This document shows, one piece after another, positions 37,394 to 47,343 of a stretch of DNA of 60,483 nt; the stretch's first letter is position 1, and every line of letters starts with the position of its first letter. Both the position numbers and the translations under genes were made by a program. Source of the DNA: Candidatus Micrarchaeota archaeon (GTDB lineage: Archaea > B1Sed10-29 > JAJSAI01); NCBI GenBank assembly GCA_964625085.1, contig CAZVAJ010000004.1, positions 367-60,849 on the forward strand. The letters run 5' to 3'. Below the pieces are notes generated by a model, which saw nothing but the letters and a program-made list of their open reading frames with translations, did no database searches and had not been told where the DNA came from.

Positions 37394-39460
37394 ATGACTG
37401 AAGCGCCTGTTTCCAAGGAAGCTGTTTTCGAAGATTTCTTTAACACACCCAAGTACAAGAAAGCACTTAATGAGCTGGCGCTAAAGTACCCTAAAAAAAT
37501 GAGTCTGGAAGTCGACTACAAAGACCTTGATGAGTTCAGCATAGAACTTGCAGACGAACTTCTCGAAAGACCTCATGAAGTAATAAAAGCAGCTGAAAAA
37601 GCAGTAGAAAACATGGGGATCCTGTCGGTACAAGGAGAACTTCTAAAACCAAACGTAAGATTTCATTCTCTTCCTGAATCCAACCAGGTGCTGATAAGGG
37701 ACCTGAACTCAAGCTGGATAAACAAAATGCTCAGTCTTGAAGGGGTAATAACCAAGATAACCACAGTGAAACCGAAAATAAGAACTGCTGTTTTCCAATG
37801 CAACAGCTGCGAAAGAGTCTACAGAATCGAGCAGGATGAACAAAATGACGTGCTTTCACAACCTTTCCAGTGCGCGTGCGGAAAAAAATCGTTTACACTG
37901 CTCGTGGAAGACTCAGACTTTGTTGACGTGCAGAGAGCAGAAATACAAGAGCCTCTAGAGTACATGAGAGGCGGAGAACAGGCCAAGAGCATAACAGTAA
38001 GACTATCATCTGACCTGACCAACAAGTTTGTTGCAGGAGACAGAATAGAAATTTCAGGAACCCTAAAACTCGACACAGGAAAGAAAAAAAGTTCGATATA
38101 CAACATCTTTATCGACGCTAATCACATAAAAAAACTAGAACAAGAATTTGAAGAAATAGAGCTCAGTGAAGAAGACGAAAACTGGATAAAAGAAACAAGC
38201 AAGGATCCAAAAATATACGAAAAGATCGTTGCATCAATAGCCCCGAGTATTTACGGGCACAAGGAAATTAAAGAAGCAATAGCCCTACAACTGTTCAGCG
38301 GAACACACGGAAAGATAAAACCAGACAAAATGAAGATAAGATCTGACATGCACATACTGCTCATAGGAGATCCTGGAACTGCCAAAACACAACTTCTAAG
38401 ATACGTTAAAGACCTTGCGCCAAAAGGGATTTATGTTTCGGGAAAATCATCATCTGGAGCAGGCCTGACCGCAACAGCTGAAAAAGACGATTTTGCGGAA
38501 GGAGGATGGACTCTGAAGGCAGGAGCACTCGTGCTGGCTGCAGGCGGCATCGCGCTGATTGATGAGTTTGACAAGATGGGAGACGAAGACAGGAGCAGCA
38601 TGCACGAAGCCATGGAAAGCCAAACGATCTCTGTCGCAAAAGCAGGGATAGTCACCACGTTCAGGGCGAACGCGAGCATACTCGCAGCAGCAAACCCCAA
38701 ATACGGCAGGTATGATCCGTACGATCCTCCTGCAGAACAGTTCAACATTCCTCCAACCATCCTCTCAAGGTTTGACTTAATCTTCCCAATTCGGGACGTG
38801 CTTAATCCTCAAAGGGACGGAGAAATGGCTGACCATATCCTGCTCACGCACAAGCTTGCTGCAGAACACGCTAAAAACCTGACAGAAGAAGAGAAACAGA
38901 GCGTTCTCCCCGTAATAGACCCTGAAAAAATGAGAAAGTACATAGCGTACGCTAGAAAAAACTGCAATCCCATCCTATCAGAAGAAGCTATAGAAAAAAT
39001 CAAAAGGTTTTACATTGACATGAGAAAACTGGGAGAAGCTCAAAAGTCTGTGCCCATAACCGCCAGGTACCTAGAAGCCATAGTCAGGCTTGCTGAAGCA
39101 AGCGCCAAAGTCAGACTCAGTGACACAGTAGAGATACAGGACGCTGAAAGAGCCATAAGACTACTGCAGTTCTCGCTAAGAGAAATTGGAGTAGATCCTG
39201 AAACAGGCCAGTTTGACATTGATATCATTGCAACAGGCACTCCAAAATCAAAAGCAGACAAGATAAAGACAGTGCGCAGGATCATAAAGGAGATCTCCGC
39301 AGAAAAAGGAGAAGCATCGCATGCAGAAGTGCTGGAAGAAGCAAAGGCAAAGGGAATCAACCCTGAAGACCTGGAAGAACTGCTTAACACTCTTAAAAGA
39401 GAAGGAGATATATATTCTCCAAAGCATGGTCTGTACAAGCCAGCTGAAAAAAGAGAGTGA
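37394..39460 (+). CDS. mcm: Replicative helicase MCM
   Basis: CxxC zinc finger, IAPSIYG, GDPGTAKTQ Walker A, IDEFDKM, AAANP, SRFD, TARYLE; no intein. Confidence 0.97.
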   Translation: MTEAPVSKEAVFEDFFNTPKYKKALNELALKYPKKMSLEVDYKDLDEFSIELADELLERPHEVIKAAEKAVENMGILSVQGELLKPNVRFHSLPESNQVLIRDLNSSWINKMLSLEGVITKITTVKPKIRTAVFQCNSCERVYRIEQDEQNDVLSQPFQCACGKKSFTLLVEDSDFVDVQRAEIQEPLEYMRGGEQAKSITVRLSSDLTNKFVAGDRIEISGTLKLDTGKKKSSIYNIFIDANHIKKLEQEFEEIELSEEDENWIKETSKDPKIYEKIVASIAPSIYGHKEIKEAIALQLFSGTHGKIKPDKMKIRSDMHILLIGDPGTAKTQLLRYVKDLAPKGIYVSGKSSSGAGLTATAEKDDFAEGGWTLKAGALVLAAGGIALIDEFDKMGDEDRSSMHEAMESQTISVAKAGIVTTFRANASILAAANPKYGRYDPYDPPAEQFNIPPTILSRFDLIFPIRDVLNPQRDGEMADHILLTHKLAAEHAKNLTEEEKQSVLPVIDPEKMRKYIAYARKNCNPILSEEAIEKIKRFYIDMRKLGEAQKSVPITARYLEAIVRLAEASAKVRLSDTVEIQDAERAIRLLQFSLREIGVDPETGQFDIDIIATGTPKSKADKIKTVRRIIKEISAEKGEASHAEVLEEAKAKGINPEDLEELLNTLKREGDIYSPKHGLYKPAEKRE

Positions 39461-39467
39461 GTAAATA

Positions 39468-40328
39468 ATGCAGGGCCTGAAAGCAGTACTGTTCGCGCTG
39501 ATTCTGTTCATGCTAGTTCAAGGGATCGGGCTCGCCACAGCAGATAAGTTCAACAGGCTTGTGAGCGCAGGAGAAATAGAACCCGCGTTCGAAAACCCTG
39601 ATAACCCGTATAACTCTGTTTTTCTAATAGCTTACCTGCTTGTTGTCACGGGCATAATCCTGCTAATAATACGATTCAAAAAAAAGCTTTTGCTGGCCGT
39701 GGAAGCGCTTGCAGTATTCCTCGCGTCTGACATCGTTTTCGAACTGCTTATTCCAATAGCAATTTTCGGAGTGCCTATAGGGATCGTGCTTGCGCTCTTG
39801 CTAACATTCTGGAAGATGAAATACCCAAGCATACTAAGCCAGAACACCGCGCTCGTATTCTCAGTATCCGGAGCAGGAGCTATAGTGGGAGCATCCTTGG
39901 GCGTGCTGCCTGTTCTGCTCTTGATGCTGGGCCTTGCGGTATACGATTTCTTGTCAGTGTTCCTGACAAAGCATATGGTGTACATGGCCAAAGCCATAAC
40001 AGAAAGGCCTACTGCGTTCACTGCATCAATCCCCTACAAATTCAAGAAACCAGTGAAAGTAAGATCTCTTAAAACAGGAAAAACAGAAAAAAAGAGAGCA
40101 CATGTGTTCCAGCTTGGGGGCGGAGACTTTGCAATCCCCCTTATTTTCACCAGCAGCGTGCTCACCCATCTCTCTGCAGTGCAAGCAGCAATAACTGCTT
40201 CAGGAGCAGTGCTCGCGCTGATCCTGTTATTCCTGTATGTTTCAAGAAAACCAGGACAGCCCCTTCCAGCCCTGCCTCCTCTGTGCGCAGGAGCAAGTAT
40301 CGCGTTCGCGCTTTCATTTCTCGCATGA
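39468..40328 (+). CDS. Presenilin/signal peptide peptidase-like intramembrane aspartyl protease
   Basis: YD, LGGGD (GxGD) and PALP motifs; multi-TM. Confidence 0.88.
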   Translation: MQGLKAVLFALILFMLVQGIGLATADKFNRLVSAGEIEPAFENPDNPYNSVFLIAYLLVVTGIILLIIRFKKKLLLAVEALAVFLASDIVFELLIPIAIFGVPIGIVLALLLTFWKMKYPSILSQNTALVFSVSGAGAIVGASLGVLPVLLLMLGLAVYDFLSVFLTKHMVYMAKAITERPTAFTASIPYKFKKPVKVRSLKTGKTEKKRAHVFQLGGGDFAIPLIFTSSVLTHLSAVQAAITASGAVLALILLFLYVSRKPGQPLPALPPLCAGASIAFALSFLA

Positions 40329-40363
40329 GAAGGTATTAAAATAACTACCTCGTAACATACCTG

Positions 40364-40663
40364 ATGATCAGCTGGATAAAACCAGAACAGATGAGCACCC
40401 TGCGAGAAGGAGAAAGGTTCCTGACCGCCGGAAAAGTAACGTCAGTAAAAAGATCAGATGGAAGGACACTGCTAAGCCTTGGAACGCAAAAAGCCATAGC
40501 ATTCAAAGAACTGGACGTAAAAGAAAATGACACAATACGGATGCTGGGAAAAAAAGGACGGGAACTTCCAGTAGTAGAAGCAGTGAAAAAAGTTCCAGAA
40601 GAATACCTAAAACTCTGGGAAAACAAGCCCCAGCTAGTAGAAGACCTTGGAGAGGTAGAATAA
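40364..40663 (+). CDS. Hypothetical protein, possible OB fold
   Basis: GKVTSV...DTIRMLGK pattern; in operon with aIF2-beta. Confidence 0.55.
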   Translation: MISWIKPEQMSTLREGERFLTAGKVTSVKRSDGRTLLSLGTQKAIAFKELDVKENDTIRMLGKKGRELPVVEAVKKVPEEYLKLWENKPQLVEDLGEVE

Positions 40664-40665
40664 GA

Positions 40666-41073
40666 ATGGAAGACTACGAAAAACTGTTAGAATCAGCATA
40701 CAATGCCCTGCCTAAAGATAAAGGCAGTGGAAAAAGATTTGAAATCCCAAAGTTCAAAGGGTTCGTGGAAGGAAAAACAACAGTGATAACCAACTTCAAA
40801 GAAGTGTCAGAAAGCCTAAGAAGAGACGCTGCTCACATAATAAAATTCCTAACCAAAGAACTCGCCACGCCAATCAACTACGATGGCAAAAGAGCAATAC
40901 TACAAGGAAAGTTTAGGCTAGACCAGCTTAACTCAAGACTGGAAGCATACGCAAAAGAGTACGTCCTCTGCAACGAGTGCGGCAAACCAGACACGAGCAT
41001 AATCACCTTTGAGGGAGTGAAGTACAAAAGATGCGAAGCATGCGGAGCAAAAGCACCCGTGAAACAACTTTAG
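40666..41073 (+). CDS. eif2b: Translation initiation factor aIF2 beta subunit
   Basis: YEKLLE, RFEIP, KTTVITNF, KELAT, CNECGKPDT, CEACGA. Confidence 0.96.
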   Translation: MEDYEKLLESAYNALPKDKGSGKRFEIPKFKGFVEGKTTVITNFKEVSESLRRDAAHIIKFLTKELATPINYDGKRAILQGKFRLDQLNSRLEAYAKEYVLCNECGKPDTSIITFEGVKYKRCEACGAKAPVKQL

Positions 41074-41351
41074 GATTCTACCTGAAGTTTCACGGAGACA
41101 CTCTCGCGTTATGCGATCAAGAACTCCTGGGAGAAGTAATAGAAGAGAAAGGGCTGGTTTTAAATATTTCAAGACAATTCTATGAAGATAGAGTAGTGGA
41201 AGAACAAGAAGCCGTGCAGATGATAAAAAAAAGCAGAAACGGAGTAGTTACCGGAAACAGGGCTGTCAAGCTGGCGCTTGGCAACAACCTACTAAAAGAG
41301 TATAACACCGTGAATAACACGATGTATGCTGTTTACACGAGGATTGATTAA
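41031..41351 (+). CDS. DUF424 family protein
   Basis: LALCDQELLG, FYE, VTGNRAV; usual neighbour of aIF2-beta; start uncertain. Confidence 0.78.
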   Translation: MRSMRSKSTRETTLGFYLKFHGDTLALCDQELLGEVIEEKGLVLNISRQFYEDRVVEEQEAVQMIKKSRNGVVTGNRAVKLALGNNLLKEYNTVNNTMYAVYTRID

Positions 41352-41687
41352 ATGTACAAAAAAAGACCACAAAGATACAAAAGCAAGAGAAAAAGCCAAA
41401 CAGGCGGCCAAGAAGTAGTTAGAGTAAAGCTTCCAAAAGAGAACCAGGTGTTTGGAAGGATAGAAAGCCTTCTCGGCGGCAAGCGCATGAGAGTAAAGTG
41501 CAGCGACGCAAAAATCAGGATCTGCCGCGTTCCAGGAAGAGTAAGGCTGCCAAGGCTCAGGGAAGATGACTATGTTCTAGTAGAACCCTGGGAAGTTGGA
41601 GGAGAAACCAGGGGAGACGTGATACTAAAGTATTCTCCAACAGAAGTCAACTGGCTCATGAAAAAAGGGTACCTTGAAGAACTGTAA
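41352..41687 (+). CDS. eif1a: Translation initiation factor aIF1A
   Basis: VKLP, LLGG, CSD.KIRICRVPG, VLVEPW, GDVI.KY. Confidence 0.95.
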   Translation: MYKKRPQRYKSKRKSQTGGQEVVRVKLPKENQVFGRIESLLGGKRMRVKCSDAKIRICRVPGRVRLPRLREDDYVLVEPWEVGGETRGDVILKYSPTEVNWLMKKGYLEEL

Positions 41688-41693
41688 AAAAAG

Positions 41694-41879
41694 TCAAAAC
41701 GGAAGATAACCGAACGCAGCAAGGAACCCAACAACCCCTGCTAGTACTATGACCCGCCAGTCCCTAGTAACCATCCTCGCTATCATCATGAACAACAACA
41801 CAATCCCCAAGTTAAAGAACATTTTAAGCTCAGGATAGTGAGGAATGACAGTCTCAAGCAACATGTCAGTCAAAGACAT
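41694..41879 (-). CDS. Small membrane protein
   Basis: 61-aa ORF from ATG 41879 (MSLTDMLLE) with two hydrophobic segments. Confidence 0.55.
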   Translation of the reverse strand: MSLTDMLLETVIPHYPELKMFFNLGIVLLFMMIARMVTRDWRVIVLAGVVGFLAAFGYLPF

Positions 41880-41941
41880 GAGTATAATAATCCAAAAACT
41901 CTTTAAAAACAAAACGATTATACTATCAAGGAGGAAGAAAC

Positions 41942-42154
41942 ATGAGCCACCCAAGAAGACACAGAGCAATCTGGAGGACAGGAGACAGCCCAATATACAA
42001 AAAAGGAGAGACCACACAGCCAGAGCTCGCGAAGCAGAAAAAGGGAGCGAAGAAAATTAAAAAAGAAGAGGTCTGGAGCAGGTTCAGCTTCAGAGAACTC
42101 CTGGAACGGGCAAAAAGAGCCATAAGACTCAAAAAAACGATATACGAGGAGTAG
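41942..42154 (+). CDS. Small basic hypothetical protein
   Basis: AGGAGG SD upstream; 70 aa, Lys/Arg-rich; 3 nt before next gene. Confidence 0.55.
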   Translation: MSHPRRHRAIWRTGDSPIYKKGETTQPELAKQKKGAKKIKKEEVWSRFSFRELLERAKRAIRLKKTIYEE

Positions 42155-42157
42155 GCC

Positions 42158-43141
42158 ATGCTTGATAATATTCCAATAGACCTCGGAAGAGACAGAAGCT
42201 ACTCATGCAGCATGAGGGCTCTTGCAGCATTTCACGGGAAGAACTATCCAAGATGGTACTCTTCCACAATAGCTGCTTTTCACACAAACTTCTACTACTA
42301 CGAGTGGGAAAAAGGATTCAGCTACTTTTTCTCAACTCCTGCAGAAGCAACAGAGGGAACAGTCAACGGCCTGAACAGCCTCGGCTTTGAAACAAAACAC
42401 ATTTATGGCCTTGACTGGCTCGAAAGCTGGGAAGTCCTAAAAACCGCAGTAGAAAAAAGAGCCCCTGTCATGATAGGCCCATTAAACGCTGCTGAGCTAG
42501 GATGCTCTGAACAACCATTTGACCACTACTGCGTAATCTCAGGGATCACTGGAAAAGAAGTAGTACTCAAAGACCCTGCCGGCACAAACAACCTAAAGCT
42601 AGACACGGAAACATTCAGGAAAGCATGGGAAGGAAAAATCCCATACGATAAAAAGAAACACAAGTACAGCATGATAATATCAAAAAGAAGAACACAGCCA
42701 AAATCTGGAGAAAAAGAAACATGCATGCAAGCGCTGAAGAAAGTAAGAGAAAGATATTACTCTCAGCAGGAAATACAGACAGAAGAAGGAATTTTATTAT
42801 CCGGGCGCAGGGCCATTGAGGCCCTAGCAGAAAAGGTCTCAAGCAAGAAAAAGGCAGCACAAAACCTTCTGCCGTCTGTTTCCTGGAACGAAAACGCAGG
42901 GAATGTAACCCGGTTCGAGACAGCTTTGTTCGCAGCATACGCGAGAAAATTCTGGGACACAGAAAAAATGAAAGAGCTTAACCAAGAGCTTAACATACTC
43001 TCAGAAGCATGGCTTGAAGCAGAAACTGCGCTTAAACAAGCAAGCGGCAGAAAAGCAGGACAAAATGCCGCAGACCTTCTGCTAGAAGTAGCAGACAAAG
43101 AAGACAAGGTCAAAGAAAAGCTGCTTAAACTAACCTTTTAA
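42158..43141 (+). CDS. Papain-like (BtrH N-terminal/C39-like) domain protein
   Basis: SCSMRAL (Cys), PVMIG, DHYCVISG (His), LKDP (Asp), FRKAW. Confidence 0.6.
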   Translation: MLDNIPIDLGRDRSYSCSMRALAAFHGKNYPRWYSSTIAAFHTNFYYYEWEKGFSYFFSTPAEATEGTVNGLNSLGFETKHIYGLDWLESWEVLKTAVEKRAPVMIGPLNAAELGCSEQPFDHYCVISGITGKEVVLKDPAGTNNLKLDTETFRKAWEGKIPYDKKKHKYSMIISKRRTQPKSGEKETCMQALKKVRERYYSQQEIQTEEGILLSGRRAIEALAEKVSSKKKAAQNLLPSVSWNENAGNVTRFETALFAAYARKFWDTEKMKELNQELNILSEAWLEAETALKQASGRKAGQNAADLLLEVADKEDKVKEKLLKLTF

Positions 43142-43154
43142 AACCAGATTCAGA

Positions 43155-44480
43155 TCATAGTACACTAAAATAATTTTTTATTTCGTAATCTGTCACAGCC
43201 CTGTTAAAGTTGTTACACTCAATTTTTTTGTTTTCTATAAACTTCTGGTAAACGTGCTCGGGCAGTGTCTTTTTTACCAGCTCACTCTTCTCAAAAAATT
43301 CCAACGCCTTTTCTAAGGAAGGGGAAAGCTCTTCTATGCCCAGTTCCTTTCTTTCTGACTCAGATAAATGAAAAACGTCAACTTCAACTGGTTTTGGAGG
43401 TTCTAATTCTTCTTTGATTCCTTGTATGCCTGCAGCGTGAATCAGGCTTATTGCAAGATAAGGATTGCAAGCAGGATCCAGGTTCCTTATCTCGATTCTG
43501 GTTGCAGATTCTTTTCCTTTCTGGTATTCTGGAACCCTTATGTACGCTGACCTGTTCCTTGTTCCCCAAACAAGATATGTTGGAGCTTCATAACCAGGAT
43601 AAAGCCTCTTATATGAGTTTACCCACTGGTTCAAAGCAGCCTGGATCTCTTTTCCATATTTTATTAATCCAGCGATATACGATCTTGCAATATCACTTAG
43701 CCCTTGCTTTTCTTTATCAAAAAACAGGTTCTTGCCATCTTTCCACAATGAAAGATGCACGTGCATGCCATTCCCGTTTATTCCCGCGATCGGTTTAGGC
43801 ATAAAAGAAGCATAAATCCCATACCTTTTTGCAATCTTTTTTACAACATACTTTGTTAAAATTATCCTGTCAGCCATTTTTAGTGCATCAGAATACGTTA
43901 GATCTATCTCGTGCTGACTTTGAGCAACTTCATGATGATCAAATTCTGTTTTTATTCCCATCTCGCTAAGGGCAAGTTGCGCTTCTTTCCTCACTTCTCC
44001 GTACAACCCTGACCTGAAGTATCCTCCTCCATCCGTGTGAACAGGGCTTTTTTCATTATCAAAAATAAAGAATTCTATTTCAGCACCACACTTTAATGTG
44101 CCGATATCCTCATATTTTTCTATTATATTTTTCAGTAAATTTCTTGTGTCCCCCTCATACTCTTTTCCATTTGAGTCAATTATGCGTCCAAAGATTACCG
44201 CCTCTTTCCAGGACCTTTCAATGCCCTTGTACTCCCAAGGCAAAATTGTCAGAGTATCAGTATCAGGAATAAATTTCAAGTCACTTTCTTCAGTTCTTGC
44301 GAAGCCTTCTACAGAAGAGCCGTCAAACCCCTTTCCATCTCTGACCATCTGTTCAAACTCGCTTATAGGAGCTGTGAAGTCAAGCATTCTGCCAAGAATA
44401 TCAACAAAAAAGGGCCTGATAAACTTTACATTTCCCTCTTCGAATTTTTTCAGCACGTTCATATAACCCGTTTTAAACAT
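43155..44480 (-). CDS. glnA: Glutamine synthetase type I
   Basis: FDGSS, EIEFF, HHEVAQSQHEI, FMPKP, NGNGMH, NSYKRL.PGYEAP, NRSAYIR, RIEIR. Confidence 0.96.
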   Translation of the reverse strand: MFKTGYMNVLKKFEEGNVKFIRPFFVDILGRMLDFTAPISEFEQMVRDGKGFDGSSVEGFARTEESDLKFIPDTDTLTILPWEYKGIERSWKEAVIFGRIIDSNGKEYEGDTRNLLKNIIEKYEDIGTLKCGAEIEFFIFDNEKSPVHTDGGGYFRSGLYGEVRKEAQLALSEMGIKTEFDHHEVAQSQHEIDLTYSDALKMADRIILTKYVVKKIAKRYGIYASFMPKPIAGINGNGMHVHLSLWKDGKNLFFDKEKQGLSDIARSYIAGLIKYGKEIQAALNQWVNSYKRLYPGYEAPTYLVWGTRNRSAYIRVPEYQKGKESATRIEIRNLDPACNPYLAISLIHAAGIQGIKEELEPPKPVEVDVFHLSESERKELGIEELSPSLEKALEFFEKSELVKKTLPEHVYQKFIENKKIECNNFNRAVTDYEIKNYFSVL

Positions 44481-44626
44481 TTAAAAGTTTTCTTTTTATC
44501 CTCGCTGCCTGCAATTGAATACAACAAGTGTCCACTGACCAGATAAAACAAAATCCCTGGTTTTTATTCACCGTTTACAAAACCGTAGAACCTAAAACTT
44601 TTATACCCCTCCTCCTTTTTATCATC

Positions 44627-45490
44627 ATGAGTCTCAGGAGCGTCAGAAAAACCGCTGAAAACATAAAAAAGCTCGAGATCCAAGGCGCTAAAAACATAGC
44701 CTTGGCAGCAGTCAGATCCCTAAAAAAGGTAAAAGAAAAAGAGTATGATCAGGCTGTTTCTCTGCTCAAGGCAAGCAGGCCTACTGAGCCCATGATGCGG
44801 AACATTCTGGACTACATAACACACAAAAAGGATGAAGGCTACTCTTTAAAAGAAGCCATTTCTTTTGCTGAAAAGCTGGCTGAAGACTCTGGAAAAGAGG
44901 TAGTAGAAGTTGGAAAAGAAAAGATATTCAACAACTACAAGATCCTGACCCACTGCCACTCTAGCACTGTGATGAACATACTGAAAAAAGCCTGGGCAGA
45001 AGGCAAGCGGTTTGAAGTGTACGCGTGCGAAGCCAGGCCAAGATACCAGGGAAGGATAACCGCAAAAGAACTGGCCAAAACAGGAATTCCGGTAACTTTG
45101 ATAGTAGATTCTGCTGCAAGGTACTACATGAACTATTTTGACATAGTGCTTGTCGGAGGAGACGCGTTCACGGCCGAAGGATATCTAATAAACAAAGTGG
45201 GTACAGGGACTATTGCTCTTGCAGCACATGAAGCAAAAACAGACTTTGCCGTAGCAATAGAACTCTTAAAGTATGATCCGGCAACAGGTTCAGGAAAACC
45301 TGAACCAATAGAAGAAAGAAATCCTAAAGAGGTCTGGGAAAAGCCTCCTAAAAACGTAAAGATAAAAAACCCTGCCTTTGATGTTACACCCCCAGAGTAC
45401 ATAGACCTCGTAATAACAAACAAAGGAATCACTAACCCGTACAGCATACAACAAATGGCTAAAGAGCACTATCCGTGGCTGGTGAAATAA
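44627..45490 (+). CDS. Ribose-1,5-bisphosphate isomerase (eIF2B-related family)
   Basis: IQGA, SRPTEPMMRN, LTHCHSSTV, EARPRYQG, GGDA, NKVGT, NPAFDVTP; operon with AMP phosphorylase. Confidence 0.88.
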   Translation: MSLRSVRKTAENIKKLEIQGAKNIALAAVRSLKKVKEKEYDQAVSLLKASRPTEPMMRNILDYITHKKDEGYSLKEAISFAEKLAEDSGKEVVEVGKEKIFNNYKILTHCHSSTVMNILKKAWAEGKRFEVYACEARPRYQGRITAKELAKTGIPVTLIVDSAARYYMNYFDIVLVGGDAFTAEGYLINKVGTGTIALAAHEAKTDFAVAIELLKYDPATGSGKPEPIEERNPKEVWEKPPKNVKIKNPAFDVTPPEYIDLVITNKGITNPYSIQQMAKEHYPWLVK

Positions 45491-45491
45491 A

Positions 45492-45779
45492 ATGGAAACA
45501 GAGATAATAGAGACCAAAAACGGGGCCGCGCTCGGCATAAAAATAAAGCTGAGAACAACACCCTTACTATTAATAAAAGCTGAAAAAGGGTACTTGGCTT
45601 GCGGGTACTTTAATCCCAACACCATAGAACTCATAGGAGACAGGGCAGTAATAATCCCAAAGGTATCCTCATTTTCAGAAATGCTGAACAAAAAGCCTGT
45701 GTTTGTAAGCAAGGAAGCAAGAAAATTAGGGGCCAGGCTAAACATGACCGGGAGGGAGATTCTTGAAATATTCACATGA
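45492..45779 (+). CDS. YunC/DUF1805 family protein
   Basis: LLLIKAEKGYLACGY, VSSFSEML, VSKEARKLG, MTGREIL. Confidence 0.85.
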   Translation: METEIIETKNGAALGIKIKLRTTPLLLIKAEKGYLACGYFNPNTIELIGDRAVIIPKVSSFSEMLNKKPVFVSKEARKLGARLNMTGREILEIFT

Positions 45780-45792
45780 AGACAGCCTGAAA

Positions 45793-47343
45793 ATGGAGCT
45801 TACAGCAAAAAGAATGGACCTTCTCTCCGGTGGAAAAAAGATAATCGTATTGAACAACAAAGACGCGGAATTCTTTGACCTAAAACCAGTGGACAGGGTT
45901 AGAATATGGCATGATCACAAAAGCGTGATAGCAATAATAGACATTTCAGAAAAGTTTGTGAAAAAAGGAACTGCAGGCTGTTTTGAAGAAGTGTTCAAAA
46001 GCCTTGGGCTGAAAGAAAAGGACAAAATAAGGGTAGAGCCCGTGCCAAAACCAGAAACAGTAAACCTGATAAAAGCAAAAATGCAGGGCAGGACCCTCAC
46101 AAGCCAGGAGATAGACAAGATAATAAAAGATGTTATGGAAGAAAAGCTTTCTGACATAGAACTGACCGCTTTCATGACAAGCGTCTACATCAGAGGGTTT
46201 AACGACGCGGAAACAGTAAGCCTGACAAAAAGCATAGTTAACTCCGGCACCACCCTAAAGCTGAACAAGGACATAATCTTAGACAAACACTGCATAGGAG
46301 GAGTGCCAGGAAACAGGACAACAATGCTGTTAGTACCAATAATAGCGGGATACGGCATGACAATCCCTAAAACAAGCAGCAGGGCAATCACAAGCCCTGC
46401 TGGAACTGCAGACGTGATGGAAGTACTGGCCCCTGTGTCACTAAAAGAAGAGGAAATAGAAGAAGTGGTGAAAAAAGCCAACGGGTGCATTACATGGGGC
46501 GGGGCAGTGAACCTGGCTGCTGCTGACGACAAGCTGATAAGAGTAAGAGTACCGCTAGGCCTTGATCCTCCTGGAGTACTCCTAGCATCAATAATGGCCA
46601 AGAAAAAAGCAGTTGGCGCAACGCATGTGTTAATAGACATACCCATAGGCAGGGGCGCGAAAATACCTGATGAAGAAAAAGCAAAAGAACTGGCCAGAGA
46701 CTTCATGGAAATAGGAAGCCAGCTTGACATGAGCATCCACTGCATAATAACACCAGGATATGACCCAGTAGGCTTTGCAGTAGGCCCGGCAATAGAAGCA
46801 AGAGAAATACTAAGGATACTAGAAGGAAAAAGAGTAAGCACTGACCTTAGAGATAAAGCAGTAATAATGAGCGGGAAACTCCTAAAAATGAGCGGCAAAA
46901 CAAGTCAAGAAGAAGGGGAAAAAGCAGCTGAACATCTCATAAGCTCTGGGAAAGCGCTTGAGAAACTGAAAGAGATTATTGAACTTCAGGGAGGAGACCC
47001 AAAAGTCACATCAGACGATGTGCAGGTGGGAGATAAGCAGGTTACTGTAAAAGCGCATAAGAAAGGGAGGATACAGTACATTAACACAAGATCCATAACA
47101 GCTATAGCAAGAGCTGCTGGAGCTCCAAAATCAAAAGGGGCTGGAGTGTACATGCATGTTGAGAAAGGAGACAAGCTGAAAAGAGGACAGCCCTTGTTCA
47201 CCATATACGCTGAAAGCGAACAAAAGATTGACGTGGCTCTTGATGTGATGAACAGAATGCCGCCAGTAGAATTTGAAAAAGTAATACTAGAAGAACTGTC
47301 AACAGAGGAAGAACTGAAACCGTACATGCTTGAATTCCACTAA
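45793..47343 (+). CDS. AMP phosphorylase
   Basis: Extra N-terminal domain, DKHCIGGVPGNRTT, PKTSSRAITSPAGTAD, SIMAKK, IDIP.G. Confidence 0.95.
   Translation: MELTAKRMDLLSGGKKIIVLNNKDAEFFDLKPVDRVRIWHDHKSVIAIIDISEKFVKKGTAGCFEEVFKSLGLKEKDKIRVEPVPKPETVNLIKAKMQGRTLTSQEIDKIIKDVMEEKLSDIELTAFMTSVYIRGFNDAETVSLTKSIVNSGTTLKLNKDIILDKHCIGGVPGNRTTMLLVPIIAGYGMTIPKTSSRAITSPAGTADVMEVLAPVSLKEEEIEEVVKKANGCITWGGAVNLAAADDKLIRVRVPLGLDPPGVLLASIMAKKKAVGATHVLIDIPIGRGAKIPDEEKAKELARDFMEIGSQLDMSIHCIITPGYDPVGFAVGPAIEAREILRILEGKRVSTDLRDKAVIMSGKLLKMSGKTSQEEGEKAAEHLISSGKALEKLKEIIELQGGDPKVTSDDVQVGDKQVTVKAHKKGRIQYINTRSITAIARAAGAPKSKGAGVYMHVEKGDKLKRGQPLFTIYAESEQKIDVALDVMNRMPPVEFEKVILEELSTEEELKPYMLEFH

Noticed and set aside
37394..39460. 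Intein or split in MCM
   Set aside because: Length and motif spacing are continuous, with no intein-like insertion.
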